DNA of 64,000 nt from Chloroflexota bacterium. Lineage in GTDB: Bacteria > Chloroflexota > Dehalococcoidia > Lucifugimonadales > UBA3495. The position numbers and the translations under genes are program-made. A model generated the notes under the pieces. That model was not told where the DNA came from, did not search any database, and was given only the letters and a program-made list of their open reading frames with translations. The stretch covers positions 1-64,000 of the forward strand of contig JAQBVF010000016.1 in NCBI GenBank assembly GCA_027623675.1. Reading direction: 5' to 3'. Of the stretch, positions 38,895-48,494 are shown piece after piece (position 1 is the first letter of the stretch; every line of letters begins with the position of its first letter).

Positions 38895-39692
38895 ATGGCC
38901 CACGAAACAGAACATACATCACATCACCCATCGTTCAACCAATATGTGCTGATTGCGATAGTCCTCTTCGCGATCACCATAGTCGAATTCGTCCTCATCT
39001 GGGACACCGCTCGCATCGTCGATCACTTGGGACCCTCCAAGATCCCCCTGTTGGTCGCGCTCTCTGCGGTCAAGTTCGCCATCGTAATCATGTACTACAT
39101 GCACCTGAAATTCGACAACCGGCTTCTGGGCGCGGTGTTCATAGCGGGCTTGGCGCTGGCATTCTTGGTGGGCATGGCGTTGATCGCCCTCTTCGTCGGC
39201 TTCGAAGGTAACCCGCGAGACTACGCTGAAGCCCGCGCTCTTCCCTACGCCGAGCATGCCGAAGAAACAGTTGGTGGCGAGTCCACCGAAACGAACCATG
39301 AAACCGATACTCCTCCGGTAGCCGCCGGCCCGGTCGCCATTGCCGTGAGCGCAGCCGGCGAAACCCTGGCTTTCGACATTTCGAGCATCTCTGCGGACTC
39401 TGGCTCAGAAGTGACCCTCACGCTCGATAACCCGTCCGCGAATAACGCGCATAACCTGGTGATAGTGACAGCGGGCACCAAGGACGCCGTGGCTGCAGAT
39501 GGCACGGCAGCCGGTCCCGCAAACGATTGGGTGTCACCTGGGGATTCCAGGGTGATCGCCCACACGGCATTGGCCGGTCCTGGAGCTTCGGCTAACGTCA
39601 CTTTTGAGGCGCCGAGTCCGGGCACCTACCAATTCGTGTGCACCTTCCCGGGCCACAACTTCACCATGTTCGGTGACTTCATAGTGAAATAG
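38895..39692 (+). CDS. Cytochrome c oxidase subunit IV fused to a C-terminal auracyanin/azurin-like cupredoxin
   Basis: N-terminal 3 TM with KFAIVIMYYMHLKFD; C-terminal AHNLVIV..YQFVCTFPGHNFTM type-1 Cu motif. Confidence 0.87.
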   Translation: MAHETEHTSHHPSFNQYVLIAIVLFAITIVEFVLIWDTARIVDHLGPSKIPLLVALSAVKFAIVIMYYMHLKFDNRLLGAVFIAGLALAFLVGMALIALFVGFEGNPRDYAEARALPYAEHAEETVGGESTETNHETDTPPVAAGPVAIAVSAAGETLAFDISSISADSGSEVTLTLDNPSANNAHNLVIVTAGTKDAVAADGTAAGPANDWVSPGDSRVIAHTALAGPGASANVTFEAPSPGTYQFVCTFPGHNFTMFGDFIVK

Positions 39693-39713
39693 GCGTAAAT
39701 CTAAATCGTAAGC

Positions 39714-39752
39714 AAAAAGCCTCGTCCTTCTTCCGAAGGACGAGGCTTTTTT
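39714..39752 (+). terminator. Intrinsic terminator after the oxidase operon
   Basis: AAAAAGCCTCGTCCTTC-TTCC-GAAGGACGAGGCTTTTTT. Confidence 0.92.
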
Positions 39753-39861
39753 ATATCAATCGTCCCAGAGTTTCATCATGGGCAGCACGCTGCCGGGCAG
39801 ATGCCGTCATTGCGACTTTCGCCGAAATGACGGTCGTGCCAAGCAACCACTCTCACTACCC

Positions 39862-40002
39862 GTCATTCTGATTCTTCCGCAGAAGGAGAAGAATCTCTTT
39901 GCTTGACTTCTATTTGCTTGACTTCAAGGTTGCGATCGTTCCGCGGGACCGGCAGTTGGTCTCCCAACAGCAACGAGATTCCTCTCTTCGCTCGGAACGA
40001 CA
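39862..40002. repeat. REP-like palindromic element related to 16188-16263
   Basis: GTCATTCTGA..GAAGAATCTC ... GAGATTCCTCTCTTCGCTCGGAACGACA. Confidence 0.65.
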
Positions 40003-40159
40003 AGGCGGCGGCATCCACCTAGGAAACTCCGGGGTTACTCATGCTTTTTATTTTGGTGCTCGGCGAGAGCCAGCGAAGTCCCCTCAACCCTCTTAACGAA
40101 ACACGGGGTTATCGGCCTTGTCTGGCACAATCAAAGGCCGGAGGTATTTGGCTCCAGGC

Positions 40160-41107
40160 TTAGCCGAGAGCCGTGTAGGCTTGTGTGAAACCTTCTTGAA
40201 CCGGGGCGATTATCCGCTCGCCCATGCGCCTCGCCGCCATGTTCAGGCCCTGTTGGGCGAATGTCAGGTCGCGGGAGATGATCTCCGACTTGGATGTGGC
40301 GGCCAGCTTTTCGGCGTATTCGGCGAGAAACCGGTCCACGTGGGCCTGGTCCTCGGCCATGCCCCGGAATACCCGGTACATGGGCAGCGTGCGAACGAAG
40401 TTGTGCACCTCCTCCAGGTCCAGGTCTGGGTGGCGGTCCAGCATCATTGAGATGCCAAAGTCGATCAACCGGCAGGAGCCGTTTTCCTCGACCAACAGAT
40501 GAGAGCGGCCCCGGGGGTCGGAAAACGTCACATCGTTGTAGTAGATGTCGGCTTGGTGCAGGCGGCGCAGCATGGTCCCAACCGTTGACCCGACCCCAGC
40601 CAGAAAGTCATCGGTGAGCAGTTCCTGGGGCAGTTCGGTGAAGAATGTTCCGGGAGAAAATTCCTCGGTCAGGTAGCCCGGCAGCGATTCCAACTGGCCC
40701 GGGCCCACCGTCAGCTCGCCGGCAGTGCGGGCTATCTGTCCCTCTCGGGAGCTTTGCAGGGGCTTTATGACTATGGCCAGGTCATCGTACCGAAGGATGC
40801 CCACCATGCCCCTGGCGCGGCCGGAGAATTCCAGCTGGGGCAGGCTCTGGCCGGCCAGCAGCCGCTGGTATACCTGAGGGAAGAACGCGTAGCGCGAGAT
40901 CGCCTTCACGGCGGGATCGGCGGAGAGCCGCAGGAACAGCGGCATCGCCAGGTCCGACAGCTTCCAGAACGGCGGCATGTGGCTGGGCACGGGCATCCCT
41001 GGGGCCGGGCGCATCGCTTCTATGACCTCTTCGGGCGGCTTGGGCGGCGCCGGGGCGATGGCGCGCCGGATCAACGCCAGTTCATCGGGTGTGTAGTCGC
41101 CGATCAT
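40160..41107 (-). CDS. Protein-kinase-like fold protein (RIO/Bud32/Kdo-like, atypical)
   Basis: IVIK, LRRLHQADIYYND, LIDFG. Confidence 0.65.
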   Translation of the reverse strand: MIGDYTPDELALIRRAIAPAPPKPPEEVIEAMRPAPGMPVPSHMPPFWKLSDLAMPLFLRLSADPAVKAISRYAFFPQVYQRLLAGQSLPQLEFSGRARGMVGILRYDDLAIVIKPLQSSREGQIARTAGELTVGPGQLESLPGYLTEEFSPGTFFTELPQELLTDDFLAGVGSTVGTMLRRLHQADIYYNDVTFSDPRGRSHLLVEENGSCRLIDFGISMMLDRHPDLDLEEVHNFVRTLPMYRVFRGMAEDQAHVDRFLAEYAEKLAATSKSEIISRDLTFAQQGLNMAARRMGERIIAPVQEGFTQAYTALG

Positions 41108-41442
41108 CAGTCTTCCAGATAATGCGCGCCGTCGGAGTCCACATTCAATGCCCTTTCGCGGACCACGGCTTCGGCGTTCAATTTTCCATAGATATGGGGA
41201 TAGATCTCGCCCGACCGGCTTGGCTCGTGTTTAAGAGGAGAGGTTAGTTTGTCCAGGTCCACGTCCAGCACCATCAGCGCCGTCTCACCGGGATACAAAC
41301 GAGCCGCAACCTTGAGCAACTGGGGAATGTCTTTGGAACAGTGGATGAAGCCCTCTTCCGCCAGACTGGGCGCGGCGTATTCTCCGGTGGGGCGGGCGCT
41401 TTCCCAGGCTTCTTTGTAGGTTAAGTGAAAGATCAAAGCCAT
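41107..41442 (-). CDS. DUF952 protein
   Basis: IFHLT, SLAEEGFIHCS, YPHIYG. Confidence 0.88.
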   Translation of the reverse strand: MALIFHLTYKEAWESARPTGEYAAPSLAEEGFIHCSKDIPQLLKVAARLYPGETALMVLDVDLDKLTSPLKHEPSRSGEIYPHIYGKLNAEAVVRERALNVDSDGAHYLED

Positions 41443-41569
41443 ATGTCGTCTCCGTGGTTGGGCGGCTCTTGAGTTGGGTGGTGTGTTGCCGAAGGCCGCC
41501 GGCGCAAATTGTACCGCAGCGCGGCGGGTGTTAGGATGATACCCGCAACAGACGGGGAGGGTTTTCAGT

Positions 41570-42250
41570 ATGCGCGCCGAGATTAACGAAGGACCGGGAC
41601 TTCAGTACGTCACAGTCGTTCCCGACGAATATACCCCCGAATCATCTTACCCCTTGGTGGTGATGCTGCACGGTTTCGGGGCCAACATGCAAGACCTGGC
41701 CGGGCTGGCCCCGGCGATCAACGCCACCGGCTATGTTTACGCCTGCCCCAACGCGCCCATCCCCTTCAACCTCGGCGGCGGCCACGCCGGATTCGGCTGG
41801 ATGACTCCCCGGGGACAGGGCACGCCCGAGGAAACAGCCAATTCGGAGGCGTTGCTGGGTGATTTCTTCGACTTAGTTTTTGAGCGGTTCAACGTGACAC
41901 CAGGCAACGCGCTCCTGCTGGGCTTCTCCCAAGGCGGGGGGATGACCTACCGCACCGGCCTGGGGAGGGCCGACAGATTCGCGGGACTGGTCGCTCTAAG
42001 CGCTACCCTTCCAGACCAAGACGAGCTGGCCGCCCGCCTGCCCAGCAAACGAAATCAACCCATCTTCATCGCCCACGGCACACACGACCAGATGGTATCC
42101 GACGACTCCGCGCACTCGGCCAAGTCATTCTTGGAAAGCAACGGTTACAGCCCCGAATTCCACATCTACAGCATGGGCCACGAGATCAGCGGAGAGGTCC
42201 TGAGCGACCTGGTCCCATGGATAAAAAGGGTGCTCCCGCCCCACGCGTGA
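41570..42250 (+). CDS. Phospholipase/carboxylesterase
   Basis: LHGFG, GFSQGG, HGTHD, MGHEI. Confidence 0.9.
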   Translation: MRAEINEGPGLQYVTVVPDEYTPESSYPLVVMLHGFGANMQDLAGLAPAINATGYVYACPNAPIPFNLGGGHAGFGWMTPRGQGTPEETANSEALLGDFFDLVFERFNVTPGNALLLGFSQGGGMTYRTGLGRADRFAGLVALSATLPDQDELAARLPSKRNQPIFIAHGTHDQMVSDDSAHSAKSFLESNGYSPEFHIYSMGHEISGEVLSDLVPWIKRVLPPHA

Positions 42251-42265
42251 GCATTTAGCCTTTGC

Positions 42266-42685
42266 CTAATCGTTGTCGTCCCGCCAGGCCATGACCCGGT
42301 CAACGGTGATCTCCAACAGGACCATGCGTTCCTCTCCCAGAAGTTCTTTGGCGAATTCGGCGCCGCGATCCGGGCCGTCATAGAGCACGCACATCCGCTC
42401 GATAACCTGGGCCATGTTCTCTGAGGATATGTCCGCCCGGCCCTCCAACACCACGTAGGACAATGGGCGTTCCGGAGTGGCGATGGACAGGGACACCGCC
42501 GGGTTCCCCCGGATATTACGGACCTTTACCGCGCCGGCGTCAGCCATAACCAACGCCCGCCCCCGGTCCCAGAGGAACCACACCGGGGCGACATGGGGCG
42601 TACCCTCCGGGCGCAGGGTAACGAAATGGGCGATCCTTGGCTGTCCCAAGAACGACTCGATATCTGACTGGGTGAGTCTAGCCAT
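42266..42685 (-). CDS. PPOX-class (split beta-barrel) probable F420-dependent oxidoreductase
   Basis: TLRPEGTPHVAPVWF, KVRNIRGNPAV. Confidence 0.85.
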   Translation of the reverse strand: MARLTQSDIESFLGQPRIAHFVTLRPEGTPHVAPVWFLWDRGRALVMADAGAVKVRNIRGNPAVSLSIATPERPLSYVVLEGRADISSENMAQVIERMCVLYDGPDRGAEFAKELLGEERMVLLEITVDRVMAWRDDND

Positions 42686-42771
42686 GGCTTCTCTCCGTAA
42701 ATCCTCAGGCGTAAGATTGCCCCATATTATCAAATGCGGAGGTCCCATTTACGGTGTTTAGCGTCAGGTCC

Positions 42772-43821
42772 ATGAGACTCGCAGCCCTGCTCCTAGCTTC
42801 GGTCTCGGCCTTATCTGCCGCGTGCGGCGGGTCGAGCGCGCCCGGCAACTTTGCCGAGCCTCCGCCGCTGGTGTCCCTGCCTGCCGATGAAGCGCCCCAC
42901 GACGCCGGGATCGAGTGGTGGTACTTCAACGGTCTGCTGACCGACGGACAAGGGCAGGAATACAGCTACCATTACGTCACGTTCAATAGTCAGGGCGGCG
43001 CCGCGGTCCCGCACCTTTTGCAGGCCAGCCTGGGCGACCACACGTCCGGCGAGCACCTGACCGGCGAGAAGGTCCTTCTGCAGGCCCCGTACCGAGACGC
43101 GGTTGGCGTGAATGTGGCCGTCAACGGCTGGGAGATGCAGGGCGACGGCCAGGTTTACAGTTTGGAGTTTGACCTGGGCGGACGTTCCCTAGACCTGAAG
43201 GCGGTATCCACCAGGCCGCCCGTGCTGCACCAAGGCGTGGGGCTGGTGGACCTGGGACCGGCCGGCGAGACCTTCTACTACTCCCGCACCCGGCTGGACG
43301 TGACCGGGAGCATCACCGTCGCCGGAGAACAACGTCCCGTCACCGGCTCGGCATGGATGGACCACCAATGGGGCGAGGTAGTGGGGCAGCAGGTGGGCTG
43401 GGACTGGGCCAGCCTGCAATTGGACGACGGCAGCGACCTGATGGCGGTCCAAGTCTGGGACCCGTCGGATAAGACGCCATTCTCGGGGTACGGAACATTG
43501 GTGTCTCCCGGCGGGTCGGCGCTTACCCTGGATGAGGATGACCTCTCAATCACGGCCCGTGACACCTGGACCAGCCCCGATACCGGCATCACCTATCCAA
43601 GCGGGTGGATGCTAAACGTGACTTCTTTGGACCTTAGCTTGGAGCTCGAACCAGTCTTGGCAAATGCCGAGTTCGCCGGCAGCAGCTACACCCCGGCGGC
43701 CTACTGGGAGGGGGAAGTCAGGGTATCTGGGACTCGGGAGGGCCGGGAGATCGGCGGCAGGGGCTTCGTGGAGCTGGTGGGTTACGACACGGAGCAGTTG
43801 GAAGCGGCGCCCACTCCGTAA
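42772..43821 (+). CDS. CrtC/AttH-like (lipocalin-like) lipoprotein
   Basis: EWWYFNG, YYSRTR, WMDHQWG, GWDW, YWEG, GFVELVGY; lipobox AAC. Confidence 0.85.
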   Translation: MRLAALLLASVSALSAACGGSSAPGNFAEPPPLVSLPADEAPHDAGIEWWYFNGLLTDGQGQEYSYHYVTFNSQGGAAVPHLLQASLGDHTSGEHLTGEKVLLQAPYRDAVGVNVAVNGWEMQGDGQVYSLEFDLGGRSLDLKAVSTRPPVLHQGVGLVDLGPAGETFYYSRTRLDVTGSITVAGEQRPVTGSAWMDHQWGEVVGQQVGWDWASLQLDDGSDLMAVQVWDPSDKTPFSGYGTLVSPGGSALTLDEDDLSITARDTWTSPDTGITYPSGWMLNVTSLDLSLELEPVLANAEFAGSSYTPAAYWEGEVRVSGTREGREIGGRGFVELVGYDTEQLEAAPTP

Positions 43822-44095
43822 AATCTCGTTGAAATCGAGGTGAACCCCCGTATGATGTCCGGCACCTGGGACTGCTTACTCGTTATGTCCACCGGCTGCA
43901 CCTGGCCGGTCGCGATAGCTGCTTTCGCCATCCCCAAGCCTGCAGGTCAATGCGAGATCTTTCATATGTAGGTCCGGTTTGGCTGTAGAGTATAGCTTCG
44001 GCCACCTCATCTCTCTTGCCTCGAAGTCAGGCAGCGGTTATGATTCTCAGCGCGTCTGTGCAGCCCCATATACCCAGCATTCTGGAGCGCTCCCA

Positions 44096-45214
44096 GTGAC
44101 CTCAGACAACCCTGAAAACGCCCTCCAGCGAACCGCTCTCCACGACACCCATGTCTCCTCGGGCGGCCGCATGGTGCCCTTCGGCGGCTGGGACATGCCC
44201 GTGCAGTATCCCTCCGGCATCCTGGCCGAGGTCAAGGCCGTCCGGACCGCCACCGGTGTTTTCGACGTTTCACACATGGGCCGCCTTTATATCTCGGGGC
44301 CAAAGGCCACCGAATTTCTCGACTGGGTGCTCACCGGGTCGGCGTCCACCCTCCGCGTGGGCCGGGCCAGGTATTGCCTGATCTGCAACGAGCAGGGCGG
44401 GGTCTTCGACGACACGATCTTCTATCGTCTGGCCGAAGACCGCTACTTGCTGATCCCCAACGCCGGCAACCGGCCCACCGTGGTTGCCTGGTTCGAACGG
44501 TGGATCGAAGACAGGTTCCCCTTGGGCTGCAACATGGACGACGTCACCGAATCGACAGGACTGATCGCTTTCCAGGGGCCCGGCACCCTGGCGGCCATCG
44601 ATGAACTGGCCGACAAGCCACTTTCGAAGATCCGGCCTTTCTCCTGGACGGAGGGCGCCATCAACGGAGCTCCGGTTTTTGCCGGCCGGACCGGCTACAC
44701 CGGGGAAGACGGGTTCGAATTCATGGTCCAAGGCCCGGACATAGTCAAGGTCTGGACGACCCTCACGGACTCGGGCGCTGTCCCGTGTGGCCTGGGCGCC
44801 AGGGACGTTCTCAGGCTGGAGGCTGGGCTGCCCCTTCACGGACACGAGATCGACGAGAACATCACACCCATCGAGGCGGGCCTGGACCGCTTCGTGCGCC
44901 CCGACGGCGAGTATGTGGGTTCCGGCATCCTGCGAGGCCAACGAGAGAACGGAGTGACAAGAAAACTGATCGGGTTCACCCTGCCGGGACGGAGCGCACC
45001 TCGGGCGGGTTACGCCCTGCTGCACCAGGGCGAGACCATCGGGTCGGTGACCAGTGGCAGCTACTCGCCGACCCTTGACACCAGCATCGGCATGGGCTAC
45101 GTTTTGGAGCGTTACGCTGAGACTGGAGCAACCCTAGACTTGGACATTCGCGGCCGCACCAGCCAAGTCACGATAGCCGAGCTACCCTTTTACAAACGGT
45201 CCAGGAACTCCTAG
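44096..45214 (+). CDS. gcvT: Glycine cleavage T protein
   Basis: FGGWDMPVQY, FDVSHMG, RTGYTGEDGFE, LRLEAG; GTG start inferred. Confidence 0.94.
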   Translation: MTSDNPENALQRTALHDTHVSSGGRMVPFGGWDMPVQYPSGILAEVKAVRTATGVFDVSHMGRLYISGPKATEFLDWVLTGSASTLRVGRARYCLICNEQGGVFDDTIFYRLAEDRYLLIPNAGNRPTVVAWFERWIEDRFPLGCNMDDVTESTGLIAFQGPGTLAAIDELADKPLSKIRPFSWTEGAINGAPVFAGRTGYTGEDGFEFMVQGPDIVKVWTTLTDSGAVPCGLGARDVLRLEAGLPLHGHEIDENITPIEAGLDRFVRPDGEYVGSGILRGQRENGVTRKLIGFTLPGRSAPRAGYALLHQGETIGSVTSGSYSPTLDTSIGMGYVLERYAETGATLDLDIRGRTSQVTIAELPFYKRSRNS

Positions 45215-45283
45215 TTAAATGGGGTTCGCTGGCCGCAATCACACTCCAGAACATGGATGGGACACCCGGGAGGCACTAGCCGT

Positions 45284-45676
45284 ATGAACAGCCCTGACGA
45301 CCGCCGATACACCGCCGAGCACGAATGGGTGATGGTGGAAGACGCCGCCAGCAAAACCGCCGTGGCGGGCATCACCGACTACGCCCAAGACCAACTGGGA
45401 GACATCGTCTATTTCGAACTCCCCAAGGTTGGCGACGCCGTGGCCCATCTGGGCAAGATGGGGGAGGTTGAGTCTGTGAAGGCTGTATCGGACCTGTTCT
45501 CGCCGGTGGACGGCGAAGTGACAGAGATTAACGAGAAGCTGCTGGACCACCCTGAGTTGGTCAACGAGGACCCCTTCGGCGAGGGCTGGCTGATCAAGGT
45601 CGCGATCGGCGATGTGACCGCGGTCGACTCACTGATGTCGGCCCAAGACTATGACGCCTACACCGCTGGACTCTAA
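45284..45676 (+). CDS. gcvH: Glycine cleavage H protein
   Basis: HEWV, GITDYAQDQLGD, VESVKAVSD (lipoyl lysine). Confidence 0.95.
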   Translation: MNSPDDRRYTAEHEWVMVEDAASKTAVAGITDYAQDQLGDIVYFELPKVGDAVAHLGKMGEVESVKAVSDLFSPVDGEVTEINEKLLDHPELVNEDPFGEGWLIKVAIGDVTAVDSLMSAQDYDAYTAGL

Positions 45677-47019
45677 TGACCGCTACCCGTCCCAACACCT
45701 CTGAATCGCACTTCCAGTCTCACTACATCCCAAACACAACGGACGAACAGGCGGAGATGCTGGCCGCGCTGGGCATCGACTCCATCGATTCTCTTTTCGC
45801 GGACATACCGGCTGAGTTCCGCAACCCGCCCCTTGACCTGCCCGCTCCGCTATCCGAGCTGGAGATTCAGCAGGAGTTGGGCGGCTTGGCGGCCAAGAAC
45901 CGGCCCATGGGCAGCGGCCCATCGTTCCTGGGCGCAGGATCCTACAACCATTTTATCCCCGCGATCGTTAAATCGTTGATCACCCGCGGCGAGTTCATCA
46001 CCGCCTACACGCCCTACCAGGCCGAGGCCAGCCAAGGGACGCTGCAAGTTATCTACGAGTTCCAGACACTGATCTGCAACCTATACGGGATGGAAGTGGC
46101 CAACGCCGGCATGTACGATGGCGCGACCAGTCTGGCCGAGGCGGCGCTGATGGCCTGCCGCGTGACCAAACGGGAGAAGATTGCCCTGGCCGACACCGTC
46201 TCACCCGCCTACTCGGCCGTGATTCGCACCTACTGCCAATCACAGGACATCGCGGTGACGACGGTCAGTCCCTCCGCACCCGATCTGGACTCTGAAACCG
46301 CCTGCCTGGTGCTGCAATACCCCAATTTCTTCGGGTACATCGAAGATCTGCAGTCGTTGACCGACGCCGCCCACGCCCAGGGCGCTCTGGCAGTTGTCTC
46401 TTGCGACCCCACCGCCATGGGCATGTTTCAGACCCCCGGCCATTACGGCGCCGATATCGTCACCGGCGACGGGCAGCCCCTGGGCATACCGGCCAGCTAC
46501 GGCGGACCGTACGTCGGCCTGTTCGCCACCAAGCAGAAATACATCCGCCAGATGCCCAGCCGTCTCTCGGGCCGCACGGTGGACAAGAACGGCAAGACCG
46601 GCTACGTGCTCACCCTGCAGACCAGAGAGCAGCACATCCGCCGCGAACGGGCCACGTCCAACATCTGCACCAACGAGGCCCTGTACGCATTGGCAGCCAC
46701 CATCTACCTGGCGGCCATGGGCAAGCACGGTGTACGCCAGGTGGCCGAGCTCTGCTACCACAAGGCCCATTACGCGGCGGCCAAGATCGGCGAGTTGCCC
46801 GGTTACTCCCTGCCCATAACCGGTCCCTTCTTTCAGGAGTTTGTCGTCCAGTGCCCGGTTGCTCCGGCCGAGATCAACGCCAAGCTGATGGAGCGTAATA
46901 TCCTGGGCGGGCTGGACGTGAGCAGCCAGGCCGCCAACGGCATGCTGCTATGCGTGACTGAGATGAGCAGCAAAGATGACATCGACGCCTTGGCCGCGGC
47001 GCTCTCGGAGTTCAAGTAA
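45676..47019 (+). CDS. gcvPA: Glycine dehydrogenase subunit 1
   Basis: YTPYQAEASQG, REQHIRRERATSNICTN. Confidence 0.95.
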   Translation: MTATRPNTSESHFQSHYIPNTTDEQAEMLAALGIDSIDSLFADIPAEFRNPPLDLPAPLSELEIQQELGGLAAKNRPMGSGPSFLGAGSYNHFIPAIVKSLITRGEFITAYTPYQAEASQGTLQVIYEFQTLICNLYGMEVANAGMYDGATSLAEAALMACRVTKREKIALADTVSPAYSAVIRTYCQSQDIAVTTVSPSAPDLDSETACLVLQYPNFFGYIEDLQSLTDAAHAQGALAVVSCDPTAMGMFQTPGHYGADIVTGDGQPLGIPASYGGPYVGLFATKQKYIRQMPSRLSGRTVDKNGKTGYVLTLQTREQHIRRERATSNICTNEALYALAATIYLAAMGKHGVRQVAELCYHKAHYAAAKIGELPGYSLPITGPFFQEFVVQCPVAPAEINAKLMERNILGGLDVSSQAANGMLLCVTEMSSKDDIDALAAALSEFK

Positions 47020-48485
47020 TGCGACAAGGCGGAAACCGGAAAACCGAGAAATTACTGATGCAAAGGAGCGTGCCGGGCCGGGTTGGCACGGTGATGCCGG
47101 ACCTGGACGTTCCCCCTCAACCCATGCCTGACGGCGCTCTGCTCCGCAGCGAGCTGCCCCTGCCTGAGATATCCGAGCCCGAGGTGGTCCAGTACTTCAC
47201 CGGGCTGAGCCTGTTGAACTTCTCCATCGACACCCATTTCTACCCCTTGGGCAGTTGCACCATGAAGTACAACCCCAAGATCAACGACGAGATCGCCTTC
47301 CTGACCGGGTTCGCGGGCATCCACCCGCTGCAGCCCATCGAGCAATCCCAAGGCGCGCTGGACCTGATGTACCGCCTCCAAGGCTTCCTGGGGGAGATTA
47401 CCGGTCTCCCCGCGGTGGGTCTTTCCACCCTGGCCGGGGCTCACGGTGAGTTGGGGGGCATGCTGATGATTCGCGCCCACCATCTGGCCAATGGGGACAC
47501 CGGCCGCACCAAGGTGGCCATCCCCGACAGCGCCCACGGCACCAACCCGGCGTCGGCAGCCATGGCCGGCTTCGACGTGGTGGAACTGGCCTCGGACTCG
47601 AATGGCAACGTTGACCTGGATGCCCTGCACAAGGTGGCCGGTCCGGACCTGGCCGGGGTGATGATTACTCTGCCCAGCACCCTGGGTTTGTTTGACACCA
47701 ACATCGTGGAGGTCTGCCGTATCGTCCACGAGGCGGGAGGACTGGTCTACGGGGACGGCGCCAACATGAACGCCCTTTTGGGGAGGGTAAAGCTTGGCGA
47801 CCTGGGCTTCGACGTCGCCCACCTGAACCTGCACAAGACTTTCAGCACGCCCCACGGCGGCGGCGGACCCGGCGCCGGTCCCGTCTGCGCCGCCGAGCGT
47901 TTGGCCCCCTACCTGGCGGCGCCCGTGATCACGAAACAGGGTGATTCCTTCGAGTTATCCACGCCGGAACACAGCATCGGAAAGCTGGGCGGCTTCCACG
48001 GGAATTTCGGAGTGTTGGTGCGGGCCTACACCTACATCCGCACGTTGGGCGCAGCGGGCGTGAAGTCCATCAGCGGCAACGCGGTGCTGAACGCCAATTA
48101 TTTGATGAACGCCCTCCGCGGCACCTACCACCTGCCCTACGACCGAACCTGCATGCACGAGGCGGTCTTCTCGGCCGACCGGCAGAAGAAACGTGGTTCC
48201 AGCGGGTTAGAGATTGCCAAGCGGCTGTTGGACTACGGATTCCACGCCCCAACCATGTACTTCCCGCTCATCGTCCACGAAGCGCTCATGATCGAGCCGA
48301 CGGAGTCGGAGACCAAGGAAACCATCGACGCGTTCGTCCAGGCGCTTATCGACATAGACCGCGAGGTCACGGAGAACAAAGAGCTGGTGAACAACGCCCC
48401 TCACACCACGCCGGTGGCCAGGCTGGACGAGGCCAAAGCGGCCCGCCAACCCGACCTGCGGTGGCAGCCGGAAGCCGCCGATTAA
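47019..48485 (+). CDS. gcvPB: Glycine dehydrogenase subunit 2
   Basis: PLGSCTMKYNP, HLNLHKTFSTPHGGGGPG. Confidence 0.95.
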   Translation: MRQGGNRKTEKLLMQRSVPGRVGTVMPDLDVPPQPMPDGALLRSELPLPEISEPEVVQYFTGLSLLNFSIDTHFYPLGSCTMKYNPKINDEIAFLTGFAGIHPLQPIEQSQGALDLMYRLQGFLGEITGLPAVGLSTLAGAHGELGGMLMIRAHHLANGDTGRTKVAIPDSAHGTNPASAAMAGFDVVELASDSNGNVDLDALHKVAGPDLAGVMITLPSTLGLFDTNIVEVCRIVHEAGGLVYGDGANMNALLGRVKLGDLGFDVAHLNLHKTFSTPHGGGGPGAGPVCAAERLAPYLAAPVITKQGDSFELSTPEHSIGKLGGFHGNFGVLVRAYTYIRTLGAAGVKSISGNAVLNANYLMNALRGTYHLPYDRTCMHEAVFSADRQKKRGSSGLEIAKRLLDYGFHAPTMYFPLIVHEALMIEPTESETKETIDAFVQALIDIDREVTENKELVNNAPHTTPVARLDEAKAARQPDLRWQPEAAD

Positions 48486-48494
48486 GTATTGGGC

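Noticed and set aside
43822..44095. Glycine riboswitch before gcvT
   Set aside because: No GGAGA..CCGAAG..CTCTCAGG aptamer motifs.
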